A stretch of 62,438 bases of DNA, counting the filler, from Candidatus Methanoxibalbensis ujae (GTDB lineage Archaea > Halobacteriota > Syntropharchaeia > Alkanophagales > Methanospirareceae): NCBI GenBank assembly GCA_026134085.1. It is 4 parts of 4 records of this genome, joined end to end, with 100 filler letters (N's around TTAATTAATTAA, not from the genome) between each part and the next. Parts side by side here need not be neighbours in the genome. Positions count along the whole stretch, not along the records: positions 18,678 to 36,557 come from JAOQIN010000037.1; positions 36,658 to 52,850 come from JAOQIN010000039.1; 2 more parts are not named here. One strand, written 5' to 3'. The position numbers and the translations under genes were made by a program. Positions within the stretch are counted from its first letter, which is position 1. Each line of letters opens with the position of its first letter. Below are positions 31,698 through 42,930 of this stretch, piece by piece. Below the pieces are notes generated by a model, which saw nothing but the letters and a program-made list of their open reading frames with translations, did no database searches and was not told the origin of the DNA.

Positions 31698-33449
31698 TCA
31701 TGCAATTGTTTTGAGCTGCGATTTATACATCTCAACGATCTCATCAACGGTTGTCGCGTCTTCAGGCGATTTATCGTGTCGCCATCTGCCTGTGAATCTC
31801 GGGAATCTCACCGCTATGCCGGCGTTCTCTCTTATTTTACCGAATGCGGTCGTGTGAATGGGGCTCAAAGTGAGCTCGTCTCCTATTATTTCCATCACAA
31901 CACTGGGGGAGAACCACACATCTGCCTGCATCTCGCTTTTCACCCTGGGATGCATGTGACTGATTCTGTAGGGTGCGAGCATTTCGGGCAGGATCTCAAG
32001 GTCTTCATCCTTGAAACCGCTTCCAACCTTTGAGATTGTGGTGAACACATCATTTTCTCTGTCGTAGACAGCTACGAGGAGTGCACCATATGTGCCCGAT
32101 CTGCGACCTCTTCCGTGGAAGGCTCCAACAACAACAACATCTATGGGCTCTATCATTTTCGCCTGATAGCTGCGCTTCAGCTTTATCCAGAGCCACCCGC
32201 GGGCGCCCGCCTGATAGATGCCTTCGGTGGCTTTCAGTATCAGACCCTCGCATCCCGCCTCTATCGCACGATGGAAAAACCGTTCTATCTCATCAACATC
32301 ATCCGAGATTATCATCTCTGTCACGCGTATCTGCTCACTTTCTTCAACAATATCCTCAAGACACTTCCTTCTGATCATGTAAGGCTTTTCTATCAGATCA
32401 TTTCCATCAATATAAAGCGCATCAAACATGAAAATGCTCGCCGGAAACTTTTTCACAGCTTCTTCAATGCCATGCTTGCGACGACGATGCATTAACTCCT
32501 GAAAAGGCAGAAGCTCTCCACTTTCAGGATGCACAGCGACGCACTCACCTTCTATTATGGCATCATCACAGCGCACATGCGCCCTCACCATGTCACACAC
32601 ATCTGGATACTGTGATGTGATGTTCTCAAGACGCCTTGAGAAGAGAACAACATCATCCCCCTTCTTATGTATCTGTATGCGCTCACCATCATATTTCCAC
32701 TCACATGCTGCGTTCCCTCCCAGTTTCCTCAATATTTCGCCAGCATTTGACATGCGCTGCGCGAGCATCATCCTTACCGGTCTTCCAACGCGTATACGAT
32801 ATTTCTTCACACCCTCAATTCCCTCGCTCGCGAGCGTCTTGGCGATCTCACCGAGGTCTGAGCAGAGATTGTATGCGCGCTCCACATACTTCCGGTTTTC
32901 CTTATCAGCGGTGTATGCGAGAGTGAGGGCATCAAGAATTGTCATATCAGCAATCCCCAGCCGCATCTTTCCTGTCACTGTCCTAACGATGTACTTCGCC
33001 TCATCAGGGGTGGAATCTGTGAGAAGCCCTGACAGCATTTTTATCTTCGCATCCTGACTGCCAGCGCCTGATGTCCTCGCAATCCTGTCAAGAACCTCAT
33101 ACACACGCTCAACAGTCAGAGGATTCGTGAAAAGCGCCTTCTGCCTCCTTGAATGCGCAAATTTCCTCACAACCTCACCGAGATCGCCCATTTTTTTAAA
33201 CGCATCCGCCACCTCATCATGTGAAATTCCGTAAGCATGTGAGATCGCTCGTATGGCAAGCTTCTCAGCAATCCCGAGCTCAATGCCGACGAAATCCGGA
33301 TACAGCTTGCCCTGAATCAGGTAAATCACACGATCTATGCTCTCCGCAGGCGTCTTTTTGAAAAGATAAACAAGCAAATCAGTCATTTCAATCCGCTTAG
33401 TCGCCCGCTCTATCCGCTCACATACCTCCACAACCTCGGAATACCTCAT
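31698..33449 (-). CDS. lig: ATP-dependent DNA ligase
   Basis: Motif I EWKYDGER, EGLILK, WIKLK, RFPRF. Confidence 0.97.
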   Translation of the reverse strand: MRYSEVVEVCERIERATKRIEMTDLLVYLFKKTPAESIDRVIYLIQGKLYPDFVGIELGIAEKLAIRAISHAYGISHDEVADAFKKMGDLGEVVRKFAHSRRQKALFTNPLTVERVYEVLDRIARTSGAGSQDAKIKMLSGLLTDSTPDEAKYIVRTVTGKMRLGIADMTILDALTLAYTADKENRKYVERAYNLCSDLGEIAKTLASEGIEGVKKYRIRVGRPVRMMLAQRMSNAGEILRKLGGNAACEWKYDGERIQIHKKGDDVVLFSRRLENITSQYPDVCDMVRAHVRCDDAIIEGECVAVHPESGELLPFQELMHRRRKHGIEEAVKKFPASIFMFDALYIDGNDLIEKPYMIRRKCLEDIVEESEQIRVTEMIISDDVDEIERFFHRAIEAGCEGLILKATEGIYQAGARGWLWIKLKRSYQAKMIEPIDVVVVGAFHGRGRRSGTYGALLVAVYDRENDVFTTISKVGSGFKDEDLEILPEMLAPYRISHMHPRVKSEMQADVWFSPSVVMEIIGDELTLSPIHTTAFGKIRENAGIAVRFPRFTGRWRHDKSPEDATTVDEIVEMYKSQLKTIA

Positions 33450-33629
33450 CTTATCCTATCTGATCTCCGCAGCTATTCAAACTTGCTGAAGCAGTTTTGC
33501 TTCCTGCATTCCCTCCTTTTCAAATGTGGGGGCGCCGTTAACCTCATAATTGAGATGAGCGGGATGGGAAAAGCTTGAGCAGGGAGCTTGCATCGCAGCT
33601 GAAGAAGCTCATGTCGGAGACATTAGAGC

Positions 33630-34780
33630 GTGATAAGGAGGTTGTTGGAATGTTACAGTCACAGTCACAAAAACAGTGTTCGCCTGTTGGAACCCCACAG
33701 GAATAAGGAAGCAGATTTGGAATACATAGGCACTCAGTTCATCAGAGCTTTAGAAGGGGCGAAGGAGGGAGGAGATAACAGAGATATTTATCGCAGAGTT
33801 CGTGAAGAGACAAAGTTGCCAGCGGTTTTGGTGCAGAACGCAGCAGATGTTGCGATATATCTTTCGTAAAAAAAGAGGCGAAGGAAGACATCTCCTCCCT
33901 CAGAAGGATGAGGAGTTTCAGAGTTGATAAGAGAGGCTTCAATCTAATTGGCGATAATCGCTTCCTGTCTGAGCTTCCTGTCTGAGTCACTGGAATATAA
34001 TTCCCCTGCTTTAGATGAGCATTATCAGAGATGCTTGATGAGGTCTCAGGAGAGGAGGTAGGTTCTGTCACCATAATCAAGAGGCGAAAGCGAAAGAGAG
34101 AAGAGTGGTGGGCATATATGGGCATATAAAAAAGGAAGTGGAAGTTGAAATTCCAGATGATCCTGCTCCTACTGGTGCTCCTACTGGGAGCGTTTTGCGG
34201 AGGCGTCCACCCGAGCACTGTCCTTTTTTAGTGGAAAAAGGTGGCATCCGGAAAAAGGTGGCATCGCAGACGAGGATGGAAAGAGATAAGAGAAAATCTG
34301 CAGAAGGAGCGAGGATTCAGAGCGATAAAGAAGATTGGCGATAAGGAGCACAGACAACGAATTACAAAATTTCAAGAGCAATTGTTGACGAAGAAGGAGA
34401 GGAATCCTGGTGATGGAAGACTTGACGAACATAAGGGACGATATGAACTAATGAGCATTACAGATGGTTCTTCTGCAAGTTGCAGTCATTCATAGCGTAT
34501 AGATAGAAGCGGGAATACCAGTTTGGTGAGACCGGAGTGGACATCTGCAACTTGGTGTGGAGATGCGCATCCGAAGAACGGAGAAAGGAAGAGACATACG
34601 AGCGTCAGTATTGCGGATATATAATGATGATTGATGATTTAGTTGCTGCGAGAAATATTATGCATGTGGCGTCTGACCTGGGCGCTATGGGCTGTACTCC
34701 GAGGGAGAGGTCTTCATAACCAAATCCCAACCCCGCTGGAGGGGGAGGTAACGGAAACCGCCTAAATGGGTTGGAGGATG
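33630..34780 (+). mobile_element. tnpB: Degraded IS200/IS605-family element (TnpB pseudogene with right end)
   Basis: Frame-hopping fragments KNSVRLLEP, ILVMEDLTNIR (RuvC-II, about 34404-34436), RWFFCKLQSFIAY, VRPEWTSA, YCGY..DDLVAARNI (RuvC-III); terminal CCAACCC..GGGTTGG hairpin; boundaries approximate. Confidence 0.8.
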
Positions 34781-34785
34781 AAATT

Positions 34786-36003
34786 ATGAGACTGAAGTCC
34801 TGCATGAAGAGATATAGGAAAGGGACGCATCGTGCTGCTCCACCTGAGGAGACATTGGCTCGTGTGATGTCAAAAATGGAGATTGCAGGCGTCACGAGAG
34901 TTGCTGACATAACACACCTTGACAGGATAGGGATACCCGTGTTCTCAAGCATAAGGCCGGGTGCTGAAAGAGGTGCCGTATCCGTTCACAGCGGAAAGGG
35001 AACAACCGCTGAGGAGGCAAAGGTATCAGCGATGATGGAGGCTATTGAGCGCTATTCCGCCGAGGTCCACGACAGAGAGCTCCTGGAGGAGCGATACTCA
35101 AAATTGAGGAGGCAGGAGAACGCATTGAATCCTGATGATCTGATATTGCCGGGATATGTGTCTCACAGCGAGGAGATAGGTATTCCGTGGGTTGAGGGAT
35201 ACGATCTCATAAATGATGAGGAGATATATGTGCCCGCGAATGCTGTTTTTCATCCTCTTCCCGACAGATATGTGAGGCTGTTCAGAACGAACACAAACGG
35301 ATTGGCTGCTGGAAACGAGATAGAAGAAGCCATCTTTCACGGTCTTTCCGAGGTGATAGAGCGAGATGCATGGTCGCTCGTTGAAATAACGCGAAAAACA
35401 GGCGCTGTCGTGAGGTTTGGCGATGAGGATGAAGATATCCGCAGTATTCTCAAAAAATTCACAAATGCTGATGTATCCGTCCTCATAAGAGACATAACCA
35501 GTGACATAGGTATCCCGACATTCGCAGCTGTATCCGAAGACCTGAAATTGAAGGACCCGGCACTGCTCATCATGGGCATGGGAACCCACACAGATGCGAG
35601 AGTTGCGGTGATGAGAGCGCTGACCGAGGTCGCGCAGAGCAGGCTAACGCAGATACACGGCGCGAGAGAAGACACAGTCACTGCAGATCTTCGCAGGATG
35701 ATGGGTTATGAGTGGATGCGCAAGAGAAATGCGCACTGGTTTGACACCTCTGAAGAGAAAAATTTTGATGAGATACATTCAAAATCCCATGATGATTTCC
35801 TTGACGACATAAAATACATGATTGAGCGCTTGAAAGAGGCGGGATTGGAGCGTGTGATAGTTGTTGACCTCACGAGAGAGGAGGTTGGCGTGCCGGTTGT
35901 GAGGGTTATCGTGCCCGGATTGGAGGTCTATGCTGTTGATGGTGAGAGAATTGGAAAAAGATGTAAGAATGCGCGCCGCCGTCTGGCCAGGTCTTCAGGT
36001 TGA
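34786..36003 (+). CDS. ycaO: YcaO-related McrA-glycine thioamidation protein
   Basis: [76 protein letters not shown]. Confidence 0.93.
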   Translation: MRLKSCMKRYRKGTHRAAPPEETLARVMSKMEIAGVTRVADITHLDRIGIPVFSSIRPGAERGAVSVHSGKGTTAEEAKVSAMMEAIERYSAEVHDRELLEERYSKLRRQENALNPDDLILPGYVSHSEEIGIPWVEGYDLINDEEIYVPANAVFHPLPDRYVRLFRTNTNGLAAGNEIEEAIFHGLSEVIERDAWSLVEITRKTGAVVRFGDEDEDIRSILKKFTNADVSVLIRDITSDIGIPTFAAVSEDLKLKDPALLIMGMGTHTDARVAVMRALTEVAQSRLTQIHGAREDTVTADLRRMMGYEWMRKRNAHWFDTSEEKNFDEIHSKSHDDFLDDIKYMIERLKEAGLERVIVVDLTREEVGVPVVRVIVPGLEVYAVDGERIGKRCKNARRRLARSSG

Positions 36004-36209
36004 ATGCGAAGCGTTGCGTTGCTGATGACCCTCTGAGGGGCAACAAAATGCAGAGATGGTGCGAGGACAAAGCGATGCGGTCGCGGCATTGAAACAGAGG
36101 GTGCCGGCAAGAATGAGCTTTACAAAAGGGGAGAGTGTGACCTTTTACCTTCAGTCGCAAGGCTCCGTCCGTAATGGTGGAATCGGGGGAGATGGAGGTG
36201 GTAGTTCAT
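36004..36209 (+). mobile_element. 3' relic of a second IS200/IS605-type (TnpB) element
   Basis: KCR..DAVAAL (zinc finger/RuvC-III-like) followed by AAGGCTCCGTCCGTAA...GGTAGTTCA right-end-like sequence. Confidence 0.55.
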
Positions 36210-36308
36210 TTTATTATTAAGCATTATCAATAGTCAATAATTAATAGTCAATAAAAAAATATTGTCTTGAGCAGAACTTTTCATACTAAAATTGAAGAAA
36301 TTTGATTC

Positions 36309-36557
36309 ATGGGGAGAAAGCGAATTTATGAAGTAATAAAGCACATGCCAGTTGAAGAACCTGACAAATAAAAAAGCTGGAGAAGGACACAAGAGTTCTT
36401 AATTGCTTCATAAGATATCCTTACAGAGGAGAAGGCGTTGAGATTTTGTTGGAATTAAGAAACAGGCTACACATGGCTTAAATCATGGCTATGGGCTAAT
36501 TAATACCTCAGAGGAAGACCAGCAAAACAAAAGAGCAGAAAAAAGAACTTAAAGAAA
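36309..36557 (+). pseudogene. IS630-family transposase N-terminal (HTH) fragment, frameshifted and cut by gap
   Basis: MGRKRIYEVIKHMPVEE / KKLEKDTRVL / TGYTWLK / GRP..EQKKELK across frames. Confidence 0.7.
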
Positions 36558-36657
36558 NNNNNNNNNNNNNNNNNNNNNNNNNNNNNNNNNNNNNNNNNNN
36601 NTTAATTAATTAANNNNNNNNNNNNNNNNNNNNNNNNNNNNNNNNNNNNNNNNNNNN
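36558..36657. other. Assembly gap / artificial contig spacer
   Basis: 100 nt of N containing TTAATTAATTAA. Confidence 0.98.
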
Positions 36658-37091
36658 CGAATGCAGTAAGCATGGAATGGATGTAAGCGTCATGTAATAA
36701 AGCTGCAAGCGTAAAATGAAACAAATTCATGAGACTGTTCGAAGCTCTGTTTGCATTGGTTAGTAATCGGTAGGATGAAAGAAATCAGGCAGATGAACAG
36801 AAACAGCGCAGTATGATTGAAGAGAGAGGCAGAGTCCGCTGATCGGAGCACTGATAATCAAACTGCGTGAACCTTTCGCCACCTCATCACAAAGCACGAG
36901 GGGTAGTTCACTGTTCGTTGTTTCTTATGATGGGCGATGTCAGCAGCTCCTGCTATGGGCATGAATGCGGACGGCATCTGAAAGTGAAACTGTGGCAGAG
37001 CGAAGAAACACTGCTTCACACAGACATAAACCCTCAAGAAAGCGAATGCAGACAGAAAGATATTTATGGCGTCATACTTTTCCTATCTGAA

Positions 37092-37418
37092 ATGCGGCTG
37101 ACTTATGAAGACCTGAAGGAAGCAAGGATGAAAGGACGCAGGAACGGGAACTGGAAGCGATTGAGGAAGATTGAGCGCGTGTTCTTCAGCGTATCTGTGA
37201 TTTATGCGAGGATTCGCGGGTGCATAATCAGTGCGGAAGTCGTTGATAAGCTCATTTTACTCATAAAAAAAATATATGAGACTCCTTCCCTCAGGATATT
37301 CAGGCGTGGATTTGAAAATGCTATAAGGCTGTGGAATAAATGTCCTCAAATCATAGAATGGCTCGGGGACCCCGATTTCATATTCTGGTTGGGTTTATCC
37401 AGAGTCGTCGTGAGATGA
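37092..37418 (+). CDS. Hypothetical basic archaeal protein
   Basis: 108-aa ORF MRLTYEDLKEAR..RNGNWKRL..WLGDPDFIFWLG with protein-like composition; upstream part of the track ORF looks non-coding. Confidence 0.6.
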   Translation: MRLTYEDLKEARMKGRRNGNWKRLRKIERVFFSVSVIYARIRGCIISAEVVDKLILLIKKIYETPSLRIFRRGFENAIRLWNKCPQIIEWLGDPDFIFWLGLSRVVVR

Positions 37419-37568
37419 GGAGGATCCAACAGCATACGGCAGGTCGCGTGAGCTTGCGTTGGGATGAAGCGGAGACGGGAGAAAAGCTCAGGGCTTGTGC
37501 GTTTGTGCGTTGAAAGGAATGAATGACTGAGTGTTTCGCAAGTTGGGAGAGGAATGAGAGCGGAATAG

Positions 37569-38705
37569 ATGAAAGTGGTGATAATAGGACCATCAAAGAA
37601 GTTTCTTTCAGGAGTCAGCTACTACACAATAAGACTTTCAAATGCTCTCTCCGAGTTTTTTGAAGTTAAAGCAATCCTTTTCAGGAGAATGTTACCAAAG
37701 CTATTGTTTCCCGGACGAGAGAGGGTGGGAAAGGATCTTACAAGGCAGAAATTTGACAGCAATGTGGAGGTTCATGAGATATTGGACTGGTATGATCCAC
37801 TGACATGGTTGAATGCGTTCGGGTTGATGCGGGATGCAGATGCAATTATCGTTCAGTGGTGGACATCAAGCGTTGCTCACATGTATTTTGCTGTTGAAAT
37901 GCTGAATTTCAGGAGGAAGCCGGTGATAATAGAATTTCATGAAGTTGTGGACCCGCTTGAAAACTCAATTCTCCCCATAAAGGTCTATTCCCGGATCATG
38001 GGAAATCTTGTGAGGCGTTTGGCTACGCACTATGTGGTTCATTCATCCGCCGATAAGGGCATCATCAGTGAGATTTACGGAATTGACAGATCCAAAATAT
38101 GTATCATTCCGCATGGCATCTATGATCACTACCCCAAAATGAACAAACAGATGGCAAGATCTGCTCTTAAAATCAATGAAAAATATGTAATACTTTTTTT
38201 CGGCTTGCTGAGACCATATAAAGGAGTCAAATATCTGATCAGGGCATTTGAGGGACTGCCTGCGGATATTGTAAAAGATTCAAGGCTTCTCATCGTGGGA
38301 GAGACATGGGAGGACAAAGAGACGAAGCAGCTTGTTTCAAAGTCAATGTTCAGGAACAAAATTCAGATGGTGGACAGATATGTGAGTGATTATGAGATTT
38401 CCATTTTCTTCTCAGCGTCTGATGTGCTTGTGATTCCATATACAAGGGCATCTCAGAGCGGTGTGGCACACATAGGAATGTCATTCGGCATGCCTATAAT
38501 CGCATCAGATGTTGGCGGTCTGCGTGAGAGCCTTCGGAAATACGAAGGCACAATATTCGTGCAGCCGAGAAGCGTTTCTTCGCTGAGAGATGCGTTGATT
38601 GAGGTCTTTGAGCATAGAAGAGGAGAACACGAGCCGCCTGAGGATTTGAGGTGGGGGTCTGTCGCGAGGAAGTGGTGCGAACTGCTCACAGAGCTTAAAA
38701 AATGA
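37569..38705 (+). CDS. Glycosyltransferase family 4
   Basis: LFFGLLRPYKGV, DVLVIPY..ASQSGV, PIIASDVGGLRE. Confidence 0.93.
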   Translation: MKVVIIGPSKKFLSGVSYYTIRLSNALSEFFEVKAILFRRMLPKLLFPGRERVGKDLTRQKFDSNVEVHEILDWYDPLTWLNAFGLMRDADAIIVQWWTSSVAHMYFAVEMLNFRRKPVIIEFHEVVDPLENSILPIKVYSRIMGNLVRRLATHYVVHSSADKGIISEIYGIDRSKICIIPHGIYDHYPKMNKQMARSALKINEKYVILFFGLLRPYKGVKYLIRAFEGLPADIVKDSRLLIVGETWEDKETKQLVSKSMFRNKIQMVDRYVSDYEISIFFSASDVLVIPYTRASQSGVAHIGMSFGMPIIASDVGGLRESLRKYEGTIFVQPRSVSSLRDALIEVFEHRRGEHEPPEDLRWGSVARKWCELLTELKK

Positions 38706-38904
38706 AGAGAAAAGAAGAACTGAAGCGAAGAAAGAGGGTCAGTGGAAGGGAGAATAGGAGGAAGTAAGGAATATGGTGAATGAATGCCAACTTTGAAAAA
38801 TAATCTTTGTCTTTCAAAATATTCACTTGGATAGAGTGGAGGGTAAGTTGCATTCAGATATAGTTATATGGGATTACCGCATCTCTAACAGAGAGTGAAC
38901 AAAG

Positions 38905-40011
38905 ATGAAAATCCTCGTGACTGGAGGAGCGGGCTTCATAGGCTCGCATTTAGTGGATGCATTGGCGGAGAAGCACGAGGTCGTTGTTCTTGACAATTTA
39001 GAGTCCCAGGTTCACAGGGGTAAGCCAAAATATTTGAACGAGAAGGTCTCTTATATCTTCGGAGACATCCGTGACGGAGATGTGTTGAGGAGAGCGTTGG
39101 AAGGAGTGGAAGTGATTTTTCACGAAGCTGCAGCAGTAGGCGTGGGACAGAGCATGTATCAGATTGAGAAATATGTTGAGGTGAATACTATGGCAACAGC
39201 AAAGCTCCTTGACATTTTGGTGAACGAGGAGAATGAAGTGAAGAAGTTGATTGTCGCATCATCAATGAGCATATATGGCGAAGGAGCTTATGAATGTGAT
39301 AGCTGTGGTGTTGTTTATCCAAAATTGAGGGGAGAGGAGCAGTTAAAGAGGAGGAAATGGGAGCTCGGATGCCCTTATTGTGGCGAAGTTGTGAAGCCAA
39401 TACCTACAAGTGAAGAAAAGCCATTGCATCCTACCTCAATATATGCGATAACAAAGCGGGACCAGGAGGAGATGTGTTTGACGGTAGGAAGAGCATACGG
39501 AATTCCAACGGTAGCGTTAAGATATTTCAATGTTTATGGACCGAGACAATCGTTGAACAACCCCTATACGGGCGTCTGTGCGATTTTCTCAGCGAGGATA
39601 AAGAATGGAAAGCCGCCGTTAATATTTGAAGATGGATTGCAAACAAGGGATTTTGTGAGCGTTCATGATATTGTTCATGCGAATATTCTTGCGATGGAGA
39701 GAAACTCGGGGAATTACGAGGCGTTTAATGTGGGAACAGGAAAAGCAACGGACATTATTACTGTCGCTGAAACGCTCATTAATCTTTACAGGAGAGATTT
39801 AAAACCAGAAATTACAAATAAGTATAGAGCAGGGGACATAAGGCATTGCTTTGCAGACATATCTAAAATAAGAAAGAAGTTGGGATTCGAGCCGAAAATC
39901 TCATTTGAGGAAGGGATGAAAGAGCTTGTGGAGTGGGCGGATAGAACAGAGGCGGAGGACAGGTTTGAGATCGCAAGGAGGGAGCTGGAGGAGAGAAGGC
40001 TGGTCAAATGA
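38905..40011 (+). CDS. NAD-dependent nucleotide-sugar epimerase/dehydratase
   Basis: TGGAGFIG, ASSMSIYG, YAITK, LRYFNVYGP, RAGDIRH; internal CxxC..CxxC insert. Confidence 0.95.
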   Translation: MKILVTGGAGFIGSHLVDALAEKHEVVVLDNLESQVHRGKPKYLNEKVSYIFGDIRDGDVLRRALEGVEVIFHEAAAVGVGQSMYQIEKYVEVNTMATAKLLDILVNEENEVKKLIVASSMSIYGEGAYECDSCGVVYPKLRGEEQLKRRKWELGCPYCGEVVKPIPTSEEKPLHPTSIYAITKRDQEEMCLTVGRAYGIPTVALRYFNVYGPRQSLNNPYTGVCAIFSARIKNGKPPLIFEDGLQTRDFVSVHDIVHANILAMERNSGNYEAFNVGTGKATDIITVAETLINLYRRDLKPEITNKYRAGDIRHCFADISKIRKKLGFEPKISFEEGMKELVEWADRTEAEDRFEIARRELEERRLVK

Positions 40012-41012
40012 GACCGAAGTTTTCAATAATTATAGTGAACTGGAACGGTAAAAAGAAACTTGGAGATCTATTTAACAGATGTTTAGAATCCATTATGAGC
40101 ACTAAATACGGTAAATTCGAAGTAATTTTCGTAGATAATGCGTCAACAGATGGAAGCTACGAGTATGCTAAATCTAAATATACCTTTGTATTCCACAGAA
40201 ATCCTAAAAATCTTGGATTTGTTGGTGGTAATAATAAGGGAGCGAAATTTTGTGAAGGAGAAATCATAGTTTTTCTGAACAACGACACGGTGGTAGATGC
40301 TCGCTGGTTGGAAGAGCCCGCGAAGTTGTTTGAGAACCCTGAAATTGGGATTGTGCAGGCGAATTTGAGGCTTCTCGCTGATCCAAGCGTTGCGGACAGC
40401 ACGGGGCACTGCATAAGCGTTCTCGGGCTTCCCGTAGAGAATTCCTTCTTCATGGAGGAGCCAAAAGAGCCGACGCCGATTTTCGCAGGTAAAGGGGCGG
40501 CGCTTTTCGTCCGCAGGGAACTCTTTGAACGCCTTAACGGCTTTGACGAGGACTACTTTTTCTACTTTGAAGAGACGGATCTGTGCTGGCGCGCTCGTCT
40601 TTTGGGCTATGAGGTCTATTTCTCGCCTCGCTCCGTCGTTCTTCACAAGGGAAGCGGCACATTTAAAAATGGTAAACTGCTCTTTCACAGACAGAAAAAC
40701 ACAATTGCTTCAATGATAAAGTGCTATGAATTCAGAAACTTGATTTTATATTTGCCATTAAGACTCCTTTTTGAATTCGCTTCCATTTTTTTCTTAGCGT
40801 TCAGGAATCCTCCCCTCGCTATAGGTGATGTCAAAGCATTGTTATGGCTTCTTAAAAACACGAGAAATCTCATAAGGAAGAGAAAAGAGATACAAAAGCA
40901 AAGGGTTGTGAGCGATAAAGAGCTGTTTGAGCGGGGTTTCATCGTAAAATCGCTGGGATTGGTTGTGAGATACACAATGAGCAGATTTCGGAGGTTTGAA
41001 GAATATGAGTAG
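40008..41012 (+). CDS. Glycosyltransferase family 2
   Basis: IIIVNWN, VDNASTDGS, FLNNDT, GFDEDYFFYFEETDLCWR. Confidence 0.93.
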   Translation: MRPKFSIIIVNWNGKKKLGDLFNRCLESIMSTKYGKFEVIFVDNASTDGSYEYAKSKYTFVFHRNPKNLGFVGGNNKGAKFCEGEIIVFLNNDTVVDARWLEEPAKLFENPEIGIVQANLRLLADPSVADSTGHCISVLGLPVENSFFMEEPKEPTPIFAGKGAALFVRRELFERLNGFDEDYFFYFEETDLCWRARLLGYEVYFSPRSVVLHKGSGTFKNGKLLFHRQKNTIASMIKCYEFRNLILYLPLRLLFEFASIFFLAFRNPPLAIGDVKALLWLLKNTRNLIRKRKEIQKQRVVSDKELFERGFIVKSLGLVVRYTMSRFRRFEEYE

Positions 41013-41722
41013 AAAAGTTAAGGAGTTTTACGAGAGGAGGGGGGAATTTGAGAGGGGGAAGAGAGGGAGGAGGTATGTGAGGGGAGATAACAAAAAGCTC
41101 AAAACATTACTGAGAATGCTGAGGAATGAATCGTGCAGGGTAGTTCTTGAAGTGGGTTGTGGTCGTGAGTTATAAAGTATATCAGAGTTGCTGAATGCGG
41201 AACCTGCAGGTATAGACATCTCTGAGAATGTCTGAGTTCTCACGGTTTTTCACGCATTTTAAGTGATATTGAGGTTGGAATACCATTTAAGGATGAAACT
41301 TTTGATTTAGTATTGCTTTTAGATGTTATTGAACATCTTTTTGATATAGACCGCTTACTTTTTGAGGTGAAGAGGGTGTTAAAGCCGGGAGGAATAGCAG
41401 TTATCACAACATCCAACCTCGCATCTTGGTATAACCGCTTATCTCTTCTGTTCGGCTGGCAACCGTTTTGGACTGAGGTGAGCACGAAGTTTGTTATTGG
41501 GAATCCATTAAGGGAGCGGAGAGCAAAATGTGGAGGCATCATGCCATCAGGTCAGAGGATTTTCACACCGCTTGCACTAAGAAGTGGAGATGTGCGGATT
41601 TTCTGTGGAGGAGGTTGGGGGTTACCCGCCGAATGAGAATTTTGGAGTCCTATTTATTCTGGAGGGGGTATCCTGAAACTCCGAATCTCGCATCTTTCAT
41701 TGCATTGAAGGCGAGGTTATGA
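41005..41722 (+). pseudogene. Class I SAM-dependent methyltransferase, frameshifted
   Basis: VLEVGCG, GIDISE, IPFKDETFD..DVIEHL..EVKRVLKPGG split by stops/frameshifts; overlaps both flanking GT genes. Confidence 0.8.
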
Positions 41723-42828
41723 AAATTGCAATAGTCGCACCCTACTTTGGTGTGCGTGGCGGGAGGGAGCAGACAGTTTATGAGCTCGCAAGAGGTTTGG
41801 CGGAGCGAGGTCATTTTGTAAAAGTTTTCACAACTGACAGGACGCCGAGCGGTGAGCGAATAAAGCAAAATGTGCAGAAAAATGAGAAATTTGAAGTTGA
41901 GAGAATAAAGTCTGCATTCGTTGCATTCAGAGTTGAAATTCCCCTGAAATTTCCGAAACTCTCACATTTTGACATTGTTCATGTGATTTCAACTGATGAT
42001 ATATTCACATTCATATTTGCAATCGCTGCAAAAATTTCAAAAAAGCCAGTTGTTGCGACGGTATTCACCCCTCTCGCACTTTTAAAGCATCCGAAATGGG
42101 TTTTAAGACCTCTTATGGCGTTTATAGAATTTATATCTCTCGTTTCTATTGCAATCTCCGACTTGGTTCATGTGAAGAATGAGGTAGATTCTCTGTTGAT
42201 GAGGAAAATAAAGAACAATGTTGTAGTCATTCCTGACGGAATACCGAGATATTATTTCAATTTGAAGCCTGCGGTAGATTTTAGAAGGAAGTATGGGCTT
42301 GTTGAGAAGAAAATAATTCTGTTTGTAAACAGGATTCATCCATTGAAGGGGCCCCAGCTATTAGTGGAGGCGATGCCTGAGATTTTAAAGGAGTATCCGG
42401 ATGCTTTTGCCGTTTTTATAGGGCCCGATGCGGGTTATGCTGATGAATTGAAGAGGCTTGCATCTGAGAGGAAAGTTGAAGATGCGGTTCTTTTTCTCGG
42501 ATTTGTGAGCGAGGAGGAGAAGATTGCTGCCTATGATGCTGCTGATGTTGTTGTGATTCCGAGTATCGGCGAATTTACTGAGGCGTTTTCAATAGTTCTC
42601 TCTGAGGCGTGGGCTCGTCGAAAAACTGTCGTTGTCTCTGAGAGTAGAGCGTTGAGGAGCAGAGCGAAGGGTTATGGATACATATTCAAAGGTTACAATG
42701 CGAAAAATCTTGCGGATTCTGTGAAAAAAGCGTTGATAAAGCCGAAGAAGCCCGCGAAAGTTCATACCTGGGATGAAGTTGTGGAGATGATGGAAAGAGT
42801 TTATTTTGCGGAGACTGAAGGTTGCTGA
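41719..42828 (+). CDS. Glycosyltransferase family 4
   Basis: GGRE..YELARGLAERGH, RIHPLKG, FLGFVSEEEK, EAFSIVLSEAW. Confidence 0.92.
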   Translation: MKIAIVAPYFGVRGGREQTVYELARGLAERGHFVKVFTTDRTPSGERIKQNVQKNEKFEVERIKSAFVAFRVEIPLKFPKLSHFDIVHVISTDDIFTFIFAIAAKISKKPVVATVFTPLALLKHPKWVLRPLMAFIEFISLVSIAISDLVHVKNEVDSLLMRKIKNNVVVIPDGIPRYYFNLKPAVDFRRKYGLVEKKIILFVNRIHPLKGPQLLVEAMPEILKEYPDAFAVFIGPDAGYADELKRLASERKVEDAVLFLGFVSEEEKIAAYDAADVVVIPSIGEFTEAFSIVLSEAWARRKTVVVSESRALRSRAKGYGYIFKGYNAKNLADSVKKALIKPKKPAKVHTWDEVVEMMERVYFAETEGC

Positions 42829-42930
42829 AATGATGTGAAGCCATCGGAGTGCTGGATGATGAATGCCATGTCTTTTCCAGAAATTGTGGAAAATTTCGGA
42901 AAATTACTGAACCACAGGAGAGAGGGGAAA

